Shown one piece after another: positions 36,601-51,600 of a stretch of DNA of 64,000 nucleotides. Location of the stretch: NCBI GenBank assembly GCA_977030845.1, contig OZ365115.1, positions 10,540,001-10,604,000 on the forward strand. Reading direction: 5' to 3'. Numbering within the stretch: position 1 is the first letter of the stretch; each line of letters opens with the position of its first letter. A program made the position numbers and the translations under genes. Source of the DNA: Fimbriosthenelais zetlandica. Taxonomy: Eukaryota. The notes beneath the pieces were generated by a model. The model searched no databases, had not been told where the DNA came from, and saw only the letters and a list, made by a program, of their open reading frames with translations.

Positions 36601-39600
36601 AGTAATTTTCCAATCTGACAGGATCGAGTCTGTATGGAAGAAGGTCAGATGGTGAAGATGGCGTATTTACATTACACGATTATAACAGACCTGTGCATGG
36701 TTAGTGGATTCCAGATTAATTCACCTGAACCACAGCCAGAGTATTAATTAAAGCAGGGAAAAGCTGAAAACTGAGCATCATGGCACATGCTACCTTCTGG
36801 TGCAAGATATTCTGGATGAGTAGAACACCAGGGGAGGCCCATCAAGACAACCAGCCATACTGGTCATTATACAAGACTGAAGGCGGACTCAAGAGTGACT
36901 TTTGTTCTTTTGCTTCGTTCTCCAACAAATTCTTCCAGGAATTCTAATTCAATGAGGGACTTTCCAATTAAGTTAGTTATTGTAAAGGCAATAGTCATGC
37001 AGTCTTATCTATTGTATAAAAACGGTAAAGGCCATAGTTCGTCTCCTATGATGGAATTTTTGAGACCACCAATAAAAAGTCCCTCATTGTGAGATGGTGA
37101 ATGAACTACACTGATGGACGTAGAAGCAGCGACATGTAATACTATATCTGACGAGTGGTGTTAGACTGTTAGTAGCCAGAGAGAAGCAGAAAGCATGGAC
37201 AGTGTCAACTTGTGAGGGTTTTTGGTGGCCAGCAATAATAAAGAAATACTGAAAGCTTGGTGTGTTTCAAAGAGACTGTCTTCTCTCCTATTAGAGATAA
37301 TTCCTTCTGCTTCCAAAAAACTAACCTACAATCTCTCATGAGCTATAAGCGGTGGCCTGAATTTTTTGAAGAGCAGATTGCGATTCCTCAAAGCTTATGG
37401 ATTATTGCACTGGTTCATGGCTTCCTTTTAATGTTAACGATTTGGAATATGTTTTAAATCCTTGCTATTTTTAGGGGGTGGAAGGTTGTGATACTGACAA
37501 AACAAGTGTGAGGTGTTCATAAACAAAGAGTGGTACCCATGATAACCTAAACCAGTGTTTCTATCAACTCAACACAGGATTGACGGGGATGACACAGAAC
37601 AAATATCAGAACATTTCCAGATGATAAATAATTTGGCCTCCATTCAAAATATGACCCAGAAATGGGTAAAATAGTCACTTCTCTGCTTACTCAGACAATA
37701 AGGAGTACGTAATGTGTTACATCATATATTTTACTCGTAAAAATACACTTCTAACCAATAGGTCTATCACCATTTCTAACCAATAGATCTATCGCCATTT
37801 ATAGCAAAAATGGAGTCCCATACATCAGAAAAAAATCAAGATTGATGTTATAAAACTTTGCAATTTAGCAAATCTGATTAAAAGGGAGCGTTCATTTCAG
37901 GAACACTGGAATTTCTTCTGCAGACAATATTAATTGGCATCTTAAAGGACTTGAAAATCAATGTTCTGATGTACGAGTTAGGAAACTATGAGTAGGTCTA
38001 ATTTTCTCTGACAGCTCATTATCAAGTGGCTCACCTGTCTATGGGGGAAGCTGCACCGGAGCTACTTCCACTGCCTGTATCACTATCACCTGAAGAATTC
38101 AAGCTCAACAGTTGAAATATTGAAAAATATTACAACAAATTTTCTTCAAGTTCTAGAATCCATACATTTTTATGTATCAGGTTCCTGGTAATTATTATAA
38201 TATATTTTGATCTAAACAGATGTATTGAATAATAAATATTTGTCTGTTCACTACATAAGCTCGAACTTACCAGTAGGATCTTTCATCCATGTTTGGTCTA
38301 AGATAATTCCATATTGTTCTGGATTTTGCTGAACCATATAATGACACATCTGTACAGCGAAGTCATGCTCGTTCTTCTGTTGCTGGAATTTGGCTTTAAA
38401 TTCTTTATTTTCTGTGTCCTTTTGGGATGCAAGTAGACCCTGTAAAAGAACATCTCAGATATTATAACTCTGAAAATATCAAATAATTAACTAGTAATGT
38501 TTTTATCACACCATTAAGTACCAAACCTATATACCTAAATTTCCTATAAATTTCTATAAATTGAAAAACAGAGTGCAGCAATTGAGCTATGATTATCCTG
38601 AATTAAAAGGGAAAAGTTTCCAGGAATAATAATTAATTTAAAATATTAAAATATAACAAATCATTACCTTTGAAATGACAAGGTCTAACACATGTTGTAA
38701 AAGGTATTTGCTTTCTTGTAAACTGACTTCCGTCAATATGGAGTTCGGATCCTCTTCCTTGAATGAGAAAAAGATAGCAAAACCACCTCTGTACAAAGAG
38801 TCAACTACATGAAAATAAGTATATATATTATGCAAAAAAAAAATTTAAATTAGCATACCCTTTTTATTTCTATGTGACTTTGAACTACCTACAAGCGATG
38901 TAAAATTATGTCTAATTTTTGTTATTTTAATTTAATATTGCTTTCAGGTTTTCATTTTTCCATACAGTAGCTAGCCTTTTGTATGAAAGTGTAAATGGAC
39001 CTGAATAGGACAGGCATAATAAGCCATTATTAAGGAGCCCAAACGGACTAAATTAAACAGATGTATTTGAATCTACGTGATATATCTAGGTGAAGGCGGT
39101 ACACCGTTTAGTGTGATTAGGATAATAGATAAACAGTTTAAATTACATTCTGTATTTAGACTTATATCGTGGCTAAATGGGATTCATGGAAAGTTGTGTA
39201 CAGAAAGACGGACATCACTCGTGGGTTGGACGGGATTTTGCTTTTTTTTTGCATTGAGTAAAAGTGTATATCCTGGAAACAAATTCTATAGGAGACAAAC
39301 GAGTAAAGCTCAGAAAAAAAACTAAAAAAAACCAAATCACACTTTATTTTGAAGTCAGAAGTGAAGACAAAATGAGTGGTGAGAATTTCGTGAAAGTTTT
39401 AGCTTTAGTACACAGCAAGGCATAGATAGTACTTTCGGAATTAAACTGTCACTGATGTTAAAATTATTACTTGTTACTGCAAAGCGTGTACAAACAGACA
39501 AGCTTCAAAACAATGTCTCAATGTCTACTTATGGGAGTAAATTAGTAATATATTAACTTATATAGAGCTTGGTTATTAAGAATAAAAATAAGGAACGTGC

Positions 39601-42600
39601 CATTCTTATAATTAGGTCCTCGCCCTGGCAAAATAAATATTTATCCCGGTTTAACGAGGACTCTCAAAAGAATGTGTGATAAAATTCAAAGTACACAGGC
39701 TTTTTCGTTCCTACATCAGACACAAAAGTATTAACAACACTTTGAAAAGTAAAACCTTTTTGAAAGCGTGCGAAATTAGTCCCGTCTTGCAAAAATTCAA
39801 AACTGGTTAAATCAAAATGACCTTGAAAAAATATGCCCATTTAATAATCTAAAATGAATGCAAAAAAAGTGCTATGTACAGTTCAAGCACAAGAAAATGA
39901 ATAGAATTTTCTTTAAAATTCTGAAAAAAAGAGAGAATAAGTAAATGAAGTTACCTTGGTCTCTTCATACTGCATGATATAGGACTGGCAGTCAGCTATG
40001 TTGTCTTGTACATAAGTGATGTTATCACGGAGGGTTTCTATCTGCTCGTTTAGTTCGCCTATAGTCTCAGCGTCCTGTCCCTCGCTCACTGCCACCTCTT
40101 TCTTCTTTAGGAATTTTTCTAATTTCCCACTAACATGATCGCGATCCTAAGATACATAAAATAGGAATGGCATGAGAAAATCTCAACAATATCCTTTCAG
40201 GGAGAGTGGTAAGACATACAAGAAAGAATAATTACTTTACCAAAAGTATATTTTAATGACTTCTATTTATCTATAGATGTTTTATTATGAAAAGGAAGTA
40301 ATTACCTTGAGCCATCTTTCCATGTCCTTTTCCATGTGACTAAGTGTCTGTTTTTTCAGAATGATAGAGGAAACCATCTTCTCCAAATGATCCCACTTTT
40401 GCTTGGCAATCTTTGGTGAAAATTCTTTCTTCTTTCTAGCCACATTGCTTGTAACTATACCAAAAAGAGAAACAAGTAAATCAAACCATAAAATTATGCA
40501 TGATTTGTTGCATTATTTATATCTGTTACTTAGGGAAAAATAAATTATTCATATATTACATGAGGATTAAAATACCTGCGGTAGATGTCCTATGGTCGTA
40601 CTTGCCCACCCTGCCGGCAGTTTTGGCAGACATGTTTCTTGTTGTTCTTTTCCGTAATGACTCCACCTCTTCCTGTTTTCTTCTAAGAACTAATTCCTTC
40701 TGTCTCTTATCCGCCTCTAGACGGCTTATTTGCGTGTCCTTCGTTCTGTGTTCTTTGCGTAGTTGAGCTATTTCTTTTTGTCTCTTCAGTTCACTTGTCC
40801 GACTCTTCTGAGACTCTTCTTTTATTTGATTCATTAGTTTAACCTGGAAATGAATTTGAAACATCATTTAAGACTAAATATGCATGCCTTAAAGGGGAGA
40901 AAACCTGTACAAATATGTATACACATGGAAGCTTTTTAAAATCACAATTCTCATGTTTAAGACACTGGGACTTGGAGTATAGATGTTATACCTTGTATTT
41001 TTTCATGTCGGTGAGTTCTCGTTGTAAGGTTGACAGTTGTCGCTCATACTGGGCCTGGTTACGGAGCAGCTTGGCGTGCTCTTTCTTGGCCGCCTGTAGC
41101 TTCTTTAACTCACTCTTCATGTCATTCAGCTTCTTCTGGTAGTCATCCTTTATCTTCTTAGCTTTGTCACTAACTTGTGACTCATTACTACCTGTTAGAC
41201 GAACAAATCAATATCCATCAATCCAAAACCTTATTTATAGCAAGTGATGCAAAATGTCATCATTTTTTTCAACAGCCATGTGCAGATTTATGAAGTATTT
41301 TGGGTAAATCTACCATCAAAGTATCTGCGGATACCAGAGGATATTCTTACAAACAATTCCTATCAAACTTCTCAAATTCCTATCAAATTTACAGCCATGA
41401 TTTAAATAATATTCATTCAAAGATTGTGAAAACAGATTTTTCGGCTGTGTTTCCAGAAGGCTACTAGAACTGGTTCATTATGTCAATAGTTTTGGATTTC
41501 AAGGTGTTAAGGTTAATTACTTAGATTGCCCAGGACCCTGTCCCGCTCTATCTCTGTCTGTTTGATGCGTAGCTCTAGTGTACAGAGTTTCTCCTCATAC
41601 TGAGTCCTCATGGCTTGAAGTCTCTTCTGGGACATCTCTAACTCCTCCACTAGCTTCTCCTTGATGGAGATATCACACGTCAAGTCCGCCAGGTTCTCAT
41701 GCAGCGCCTCTGTCCCTAGTAACAAAAGTAAGTTAAACATATTCAACAAATTTAAAAAAAAAAAGGTGAGTATGAGTAATGAATCAAGCCAGAACTACCA
41801 AAACATCAAGTCAATAATAGATGATAGATGTCTGACAACAGACACTATTTGTACTGTTCATCAAGCCATATTGTCCCGATGGGTCGAACCATACGTTTAA
41901 AGCCAAATTGAGCGGGTTGGTAAGGGATGGGGAGCAGTGTATAATTTGCTTTAGGAAATGAATTAATCTTTGGTTCATTTATGAGAATAGATCTATATTT
42001 AATGACCCAAAACTTTGAAATATATCACACTTCTTTCATTTGTCTCAATGTACAATTATCATCTTGATTCAACTCAGATATCTTTAAGTAATGAACTAAA
42101 AAATATTGTTATGTGCAGACTTATGAAGCATTTTTCAATTGAGTGTATGGGAGGGTGTGTATGAGATACTGTAAGGGTGTCCTCCCTTCCAGATTTCTTT
42201 TTCAAGTGCAGATAATTTGAATGCCTTGCAGTGGTATGCTCAAAGAAGAAAAATGGTATTAAATTCGTTTTAAAAAAATGTTCAATGTTCGGCCACCAAA
42301 AGCAAGAGATGAGTTAGAGTGGCCGAGATGCATTTCCAGTAAATGCAGGAGAAGATGGACATGATGCTCATTATAAAAAACAGACAAAACAAACACACAA
42401 TCAGACATGAAAACATAAAAAAATACAAAACACAGACCACAGACAACACAACATGCCACATCCCATCGATAGGAAAAATATTTTTAAATGACCTGAACTG
42501 TATAAAAATCTTTAGAAAAATACAATGTATGTCGTAGAAAATCACTGATAAGACGGCCTGGGCACCCACAAATATCCATAGGAAAATATTGGTAAAAATT

Positions 42601-45600
42601 ATTTATAGATTGGATCTAAAATAAGGACACATCTAGAGACTCACGCACAATGAAAATGTATATGGCATGACATTCATAAATTAAAAGTCGCTTACATTTG
42701 CCACAAAAAACATCGGACATTCATAGGAGGACAAGTAATGACAGATCGATAATGAAAATAAAACCCAAAACAAAACTGAAAATTTTAGATAGAAAATGAT
42801 ATGCCATGATATGAATATATTGAGAGTGGAATTAAAGAGAAAAACAGACAAGTGGAGCAGAGTGTATGTTCTTTATATTGGAGTGATCTACCCTAGCCTT
42901 CATGCAATGTGCCTGGTTTTGGGCCAGAATACACTCAGCAGATTATGCTATCGACTCACCATTCATTGAAGTCTACCAAAGAGGCATCGGCGTACTTGTA
43001 TAGTTTTTTGAGTTAAGAACTCAACAGAACCAAATGACTGATTACTCTCGACGAAATAATGTTTGGTAAAAACTTTCAGTTATAATAGTCTAAGGAGTAA
43101 CCAATGACCAGCTGATAGAAAGTTCGGCTGAGTGTATTCAAGGCCTAATACTTACTGTAGGCTAATTCATCTTCTGAGTCTGAGAGGTGGGAGTTCGGAG
43201 AAACAGGCAGCAAACAGTAAAACTTAAACCAAGGCATTTTTGTCATATTTTCCCTGGACCCAAACTGCCAATATATACTTTGTAATTTGGAGTCTACAGA
43301 TAATACAAGAATCAATATGTTTCCCAAAACCTCCCATCTGACTTGGTCACTTAATCTCATTCCTTTTATTTTAAGTATTTAAATGGACGTTATCCTTGAT
43401 GTTGATTTCTGAATTATTTTTGAATTATGAGGAAAATCTCGATGCATTCAAATTCAACTACCACTTATATCATATCAGGCATTCCGTGAGATAATGATAT
43501 ATATCTTCACTCCCTTTTCCTTAAAATACCAAATTATTTTAAGCAAAAGAAACTGTCATTTGTCATCACACAAAATGGCATGACCACTAGAATGCAAAAA
43601 GGTCCATGTCAAATTTCATGACTAGCCTAGTAACCGACCCTCCATCTTTAGATCTTTATTAGCTGGTTCCGTGACCTTCAGTGGTGACCTTTGACCCTGC
43701 TGTCTGACCTTTGACTTCCCTTTAGTCCTCTTAGGTCTGTATTTTACTGGAATAATGTCTCATCTTTAATATACCTGAGCAATATTCTCCGGAAAAACGA
43801 ACTAAATTGAAACAAACTTTGGCGAATGCGGCTGCAAAAGAATGCAAGCAAAGCTTTTCCACCCTTTAATACATATTCACACTAGACATTAATTTAATAT
43901 AATTGTTAATCGAAGACCGGACTCAAAGTAGAGTGTTGGTATTAGATGGCTATATAATCCTACCTTCTGTGTCTGAGTCTCCACTACTTAAGTCATCTAG
44001 CTCATCATCGTCCTCATCTTCATCATTTTCCTACACAAAACAAGAGAAACAAACTTGTATAAAAAAAATTGAACGTTGCCTGTATATAATAAAAAATGAT
44101 GATATGAAGTAGAAATACATTATTCCAAGTATGCACAGTCATCTTGAAATATTTACAAAACCGAAATAACGACAGAAATCCTTTTAAAGAGAAACCCACC
44201 TCGTCCTCCTCGTCATCACCGTCTTCCTCCTTGTCCTCTAACATTGATGACGTCATAGATGACGTCATAGCGTCGTCGGTTTTACTGTCATCATCACTAA
44301 CGTTCTCCTTATCACTTCTGAAAGCAAGACAAGATACAAAATGAGGAACCATGGCCCACACTCAAAATCGACACCAAAATGAGCAGACATTTCCATACAT
44401 CAAATCTCTAGGTATAAACCCTACTTACTCTTGACTGGCTTGACTGGAGGCTTGCATTCTTTTTGTTTTCCGCTTTAACCGCCTGATGTCCCTTTTGGCC
44501 TCCTCTATAAGTTCACTATGGTTAGTTACACTGGACTCAAACGATGCTGACGTCATAGGACGAGCGACGCCGATCATGGGGCTGCCACCTATTCGTGAAG
44601 GCGTGCGTAGACTAGTCCTTTTTAACGACTCAACAAGAGCCTCAGTTTCTACTAATTTGGATCTGAAAAACAAAACAATAGGCTGCATTTTTTCTATTTG
44701 GAGTGGCTCATCTTGGCCGAGCTTCTACTAAGAGTGGCTCATCTTGGCTGAGCTTCTACTAAGAGTGGCTCATTGGACCGGGCTTCTACTGAAAGTGGCT
44801 CATTTGAACCGGGCTTCTATTGGGAGTTGCTCATATGAACCGGGCTTCTATTGGGAGTTGCTCATCTGGGCCGGGTTTCTAATGGGAGTTGCTCATATCT
44901 TGTCGGATCTTTGCTCATCTGGGTCACTGGGCTGAGCTTCTATTGGGAGTGGCTCATCTGGATCGAGCTTCTATTGGGAGTGGCTCATCTGGATCGAGCT
45001 TCTATTTGGAGTGGCTCATCTGGGTCGAGTTGTGACTCACCTGAGTTCCTCTATTTCACCGATGTAGCCTTGGACCATCTTGGAGATGTCTAGGTTACCA
45101 TCCTCGCCTACAGGACAGCTGGCCATGGCTGAATCAGCCAAGAGCTGGGTGTTCTTAGCTGTTAACGAATCTATCGTAGCCTGCATTGCCTGGAAACGAA
45201 CAGAATATTCGTTCATGAGACTACAGTGTATGTAGAAAATAAGTTGTATTAACCGCCGAACAATCGAGCGGTGTTTCTGTATCTGAATAGATTAAGAGCC
45301 TATTTTCCTATATAATAAAGATTGACTTACTTTGATACGTTGTCGGAGGTTGTTGTTTTCAGTCTGCAGCATGGTGTTCTCATGGAACATGTCATTGACT
45401 GCCTCTACACCATCTTCTCCTACACGTCTCCTACCCTGTAACAACCAATTACTATATTACATGCAATTCTATGAATTATAATTATCATCTTTAACATAAT
45501 TTTTCATTCGGAAATGGAAGGTATAGTATATTTACCGTTCTGTACTCCATTAATTCTAGTTGTAGTTCAGATATCTCTAGTCTGAGAGCAGCTATCTGTT

Positions 45601-48600
45601 TGCTCGTCTTGTCTTGGTTCACCACCACTTTGTTCTTTATGTTACGCGCACGGTTGGCATACTTTAAAGTGTTCAGTGTTTCCATAAAATCACGATCAGA
45701 CGGTGAGACACAGGCAATCATCAAGGTCCGACTGGTGAAAGAGAATATTCTAAGTTAGATATTACACAGATATAGATAAATTACAATGGGATTTTAGAAA
45801 CAACCAACCCAATTATCAATGACCAGAGGTGCAAATCTGTTTTCTAAAAACTATTATTAATATAGACATGGATTTTTTCATTTATAAATGGTTTTTAAAA
45901 TATTTTTAATGTGTATCATAGTTTGACCTACAAGAAATCTTTGGTTTGCATTATATTGGAGACTGACTCACCTATTCCCGCCTAATGAGTCCTGCAGGAG
46001 GCGAGTGACTTTAGAATCTCTATAAGGAACATGACTGCCTTTCTTTGTCTTGTCACCTAATGCTGAGATTACATTACCTAATGCCAACTGTAAGGAAATC
46101 AAAATATAATCGTTACTCAATAAATGTTACTTAATCATGTAACATCAACATGGGTCCTATAACTCAAAGGGTTCAGTTCAAAATTTTCGGCCCAGCTTGA
46201 CGTACGCTCATGACGCCTCCTTGGATCATCGTGGTGAACATTTTAACAGATGTCTTTAATATTAATGATTTAAATTTTAGTGGGCAACATCTGGCCTCTA
46301 CCTGATGAGAGATGTACTATGATGTTTACTAGGACCGGTATATATATATATATTCCCAGTGATACATTTTGATCCCAATGGATGAAGTTTCTCCCAGGGT
46401 CTAAACGTTAACACATGTCTATAAGTAGAGGTGATTTATCACTATTTCCAATGAATACCGTTGAAAACATTTCTGTTGAAAAAAATATTTTTAACCCAGG
46501 CCTCTCATATGATGCTCTTTCACATAGGTTCGCTATACATAAAGTAGTTAATCCGTAGGGTATATAGGGTAGATAAGGGCTGATCCTAATCCCCTCCAGG
46601 GCCGGACTATGATAATCCCATGCTGCGCCTATATAGTGGTGTACACAATAACTTCACCTCTCTACAGTTAGTCCCTCATCCTAGTCAGCCAACATCAAAA
46701 ATCAACACAAACACAATATATCCTACTCCACTGACAGCCGTAGTAAGTCCCAAGACTCAAGAAGCTTTCCTCTCTTACAGTTTTGTATCCCAAACTCCAG
46801 TGGGAAAGTGTGTGCTGTTTAAAAAGTGGTGAAATAGCCGTGAACTTTTTCCACAACTCAAGTTGACTCTGGCTGAGTGAATGAGTGGGTGGGTGAGAGT
46901 AGGAAGGAGTTGAGGTTAAGGTGAGAGGGGGCTCAGAAATGAGGGGATGTGGCAGCTGAGGTGTAGTGGGTGGGTGTGGGTGGGAGGGTGGGTGGGCGGG
47001 TGTGATCAGCTTAGGTGGCTATCAGCAATTGACTTCAGTCTAGACTAAATAGAGTCCGACTTTGAACTATATACAATATATTATTGCATTATGGAACTAT
47101 CGATTCTATTTCCCCTGTTATATTGAAAATAAGGAGAAAGGCGCAAGGATTGAATAAAGGAGGAACGCCGAATTTCAACACCAAGCTTGTTATTTCAGGG
47201 AAAAAATATTCTCTAGTAAAACAGTGGGACTAAAAGGTATAATTATAGGGTTCCAGGTCGTGGACATGTTAACATGTACAGGCGTAAATACATGTATACA
47301 GACTGGGTATTGGAAGGTCCAGGAATAAGTAATTAAGTTTGAAAGATCACAGGCTCCTCCCACCTAAACCTAAAGCCTATAAGTAACAGCTCCAGCTCTA
47401 CCTAATACCCACCTACATAAACAACCTCAACCATTATTCCCTCAACATGTTTTGTCGGTGAATTTGAGGGAAATATTTTTAAATTTTCCGACATTTCATC
47501 TTGTTTCATCTTTGAAAAACATCAAGGAATTCACGATTCAAATTATTGCAGCGCCACTAAGATGTAGAGGTCTTAAATTATAGTCCCTGTGGTCTTACCG
47601 TTTACTGATTTAACATATAACACAGACTGGAAAGTTGAAAGAAAACAGAAAACAGAAAAAAATACTTTTGATGTTTGGCTGAGGGTTGTACTGCTACTAC
47701 AGGTGTTACTCGTAGAAGACGGGCCAGAAGCCAGGCAAAATGGACAACACCTGTGGGTTTCAGGGAAGCTGGTAGTGGAAAACCTCAGCCAAAATGGCAA
47801 AATGGGGAAACAAAAATTGGAAAAGAATATGCCGGAGCAAAGGTAATGGCTGGTAAGCGGTTGGGCTAATGCGGAGAGACGCCAGAACCATTATTCTTCA
47901 TCTTTCACTTTTTCGCATCATCTTTTGGAGAAAAGCTGCGTCAATGTCAGTGGGGAAAAATTTACGAGTTAACAAGTTCTCCTTGACCCAAGTAATAAAC
48001 AAAAGGTGTTACGTAAATAGGAGAAATAGTTATAGGAGGTTTGTTTAGGGTCAACAAAAGCCGGGGACGAGCATTAAGCCGCCTGGAATAGAACATGTAC
48101 ACGTGTATAAGTAATAGAGAGGATTCCAGACCCTGCTATAGTGTGGACCGGGTTTCAAGGTGAAAGGGGATAAAAGGTTCAACTCAGATTCACTGAATCA
48201 TGTTTACTTAACAGTATAGTAAACGTATATTCGGTACAGGTACAATTCTTGAATCTTCAGGGTACATTGTACCAGGGGTACCGTATATTTAACTGAGGGT
48301 ACATTTCCCCTGGGATACATTTCATAACTCATAATAGATTAAAATACAAGGAAATGGCCCCCAGCTGATGTGCAAAGAAATGGTGAGTATAGATTTTTTG
48401 TCAGGTAAACATGATAGATTCTACTACATGTATCCACTTGATGTTTGGTTTATGATCTTATTTACCGTCCCATCACCAGGTAGGTATCTCTATAATGATC
48501 GCATGATAGAGCTGGGAGGAATTCAAGTAAACATATGGCCAACAAACTATAACACCTACACCTACAAATCATGGCAGGTTCTGACAGATCACCAAAAAAA

Positions 48601-51600
48601 ACAACCCCAAAAAATCCATACAAACTCCTGTAGACCGAACTATAACAGCTCTACCCATCAGGTCTCCTATACTCCATGACAGCAAAGATACAATGCTTAA
48701 CATCAATACAGACCCATGTAATGCTCACAGAGTATACCCCACACAGGTTGACGACTAAACCTATTAGACTTAATTCTCTATCCTCAGTTGTCCATCAGTT
48801 AATATATAAGAAATAATATATATTTGAAACTAAGTTGATTTTGCATGGATTCTATTACTTCGCATGTATTTCCTGGTTATTATCATAGGCTTATAAGTAG
48901 TTCTAAAATATATTATCAGAAAAAAATCAATTGGCCACATGAGGTATTGTAATTATTATAGGCTGGAGCAGGGAGAGCCGGGTGAGAGATAAGGGTAATG
49001 TATGTATTCACCCCTGTCCTGGTGGGCCAGCTGGATGTCATACATAAAGTAGTACATCAATACATACACAGGTGGCGGTATGCTGCGGGAGACTTAGAGA
49101 GGGGCCAATGAGATCAGAACCCCCTCTAAATATGTGCTAAGGGATATCATCAACAACAAGTGGACCTTTTATAGCTCAATGGATTAATGACGAAAGTTCA
49201 CAAAAGTGTAGTTGGTAGAGACACCGGGGTAGATATTACCCAGACTGTGCCTCGAACCCGCCACCAGCTACCCTCACTACCACACCCCTCAGGCAGTGCT
49301 GTCAGTGTGTGTCTGTAGTAGGGGAGGGGGGAAGGTTGGTGGTGGGGGGGTGGGGGTTGATGGCTATACACAGAAGTGTAATAGGGTGAAAGCCTACTCC
49401 CAGAAACCAATGAAGCATGAAGCAACCACCTCCAGGTAAAAGCTAAGAGTAGGGGTAGAGTGGGGGGGGGGGGGGGGGGGGGGGCTGTGAGGTGGGAGAA
49501 GCTGGTGGTTGGTTCGAGGCACAGTACAGGCTTTAGCTTTCACACCTGCAGCACACGCTCTGTCGTGCGCCTATTGTATAGGGATTTGGGGCTGGGTGGG
49601 GGAGGGGAGGGTTTAGTATGAAGAGGCACTTGGCTAGGGGTACTAGTAGGTTGGGGGGGGGGGGTTGTTACTGATCTTAGCTGGTGGGAGGTTCGAGGGA
49701 CAGGCCTTAGCTTTCACACTTGCAGCAGACGCTCTGCAGGGGAAGTTGGGGAGGGGGGTGGTGGTTGTTTAGTTGGAAGCTACAAGTAACCCATTCAGGT
49801 GAACATGTGTAAGCACACCAGCAGGTAGAAAGCTTCAGGGGGGGGGGGCAAAAGATATATGCATTTCCAAACACCCCCTCCTCACCACTGCCCACTGGTC
49901 AGTCACAAGCTGTGGTGCCTCAGCAATTATATATTCAGGGTGAAATCTTCACTCAGTTCAAACCTCGGTGACCAATAATCCACCGGCAATAGCCGAAGAG
50001 TCAACGGAAACCACCAAAGCAGTGTATTCAACTATCTTCGAGTAAAGTCATGATTATTATTACAAAATTACCCCATCCCGGCTTCTTTCTCTTCCATTTG
50101 ATTTAATATAATAGGGAGCCCCAATTGGCGACAGAAATGGCTCCTGTCCTTTGAGGTGTGGAGGCCTGTATCAAGTGTATTTGGACGTCCATCATCGGCC
50201 TTGTTTTTGATGAGTTACATGTACAGGCTGACTGAGGGCTGGCGGAGCAAATCACTTGCTCAACCCTGTACAACAGGTGTCACTAGTTCATACTCCCTCT
50301 ACACTTGGCGCCATCCCGTGGACAACCCTAGAACTAACCTTTCAATGACTTGGCGCCATCTTCTGGGATTAATCGGAACTTTCAAGGCAGATGCCGGCGC
50401 GATACGGATAGGATCCGATTATTTAAGACCAAAGTTATTGAAAGGCATGAACTGTAAATTTGATTATATATAGGGGTCAGTATGAGTATGGGAAGTAGCG
50501 ATGGGAAGTCACTCACCAAACCACAGTTGATAGAGATGCCCTCCTTGGCGCGGTCACCTGTCGCCCCTGTCCGCTTGAGGCGCTCTGAGCCGGCCAGATC
50601 CACAAAGTGAAACTTAGCCGTCAACGTCTCAAACTCACTGGTTACCGACTTCTCCATGTCTTCCTCCCCTTCACCATTCTGACAAATAAATATAAGGGGG
50701 GTTAGTCGAACCAAACATGAAATAATTATCATAAATCATTTAAGCTAAAGTTAAAATAACTTTCATAATAGTAAGTCTCCAGATATGTTTGCATCCCTTT
50801 TCTATTATATTTACAGGGTTCCCACTGACTAATTTAGAATGTCCTGACCAATTCTAATAATAGAGATAATAAGATAAGTTTTTCCTCTTTCAGGTGGGAC
50901 TTACCTGTTCTATGGGGGCGACCCGCTGTTGTTTTATGAGGAGAGTGAAGATGGCGTGAGAACGTGAAGACTGGGCGTTCATGTTGGTACTCCCGGTGGT
51001 TCGTGACAAGGCGCCAATCTTCAAACATTGCATCGTCTGATGACACAGAGAAAAACATAAAGATATAGCAAAGATATGGTTTCACATGGGGTGATGCATA
51101 AATCATGTATAAACATACGATATATTTATTAGCATATTAATTATTTAGAACAACAAAGCCCTTATAAATGTGTGAAGCTATTGTATATGGAGCACTGGTT
51201 CTGAATTGACTTTTATGGATTTCCAAGTGTAATATTTAGAAATGTCTATAACTGAAATTCAATTCGAGTAAAGTTCACGAGAACTTACATCCTGCAGAGA
51301 GGAAACACTTTTTGTTGTGATTCCAACTGTGTATATTTCACCATAACTGTCTTCATGGATTTTGATATGCGATTTTTTGCCCTAGAAAGAAAAGTTTTAC
51401 TTTCATTAACAAGCTTGAAATTGATGTAAAGTAGCCACAATATGATAAATTGAATCATTTTTACATTTCAGAAAATAAGAGTAATATTACCTTTTCTGAA
51501 GGATCCCTTGTGGTGTCTAGCAAATCATTAATTTCTTCATTATACAACTGCAAGTAAAAGAAAAGAAAATTATATTATTTATGGTATTTAAGTAAAACAA

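Noticed and set aside
36340-37460. Additional KIF21 exons in intron 34411-38034
   Set aside because: Several exon-like stretches were tested; all hit stops in the required phase or lacked splice sites.
35320-39845. Kolobok-like ends (gggctccttt near 35865; ttaaggagccc near 39022)
   Set aside because: The two matching termini face away from each other with KIF21 exons between them; no matching partner TIRs were found.
44700-45030. CRISPR array
   Set aside because: Contiguous degenerate units with no unique spacers, inside a eukaryotic intron, and no cas genes.
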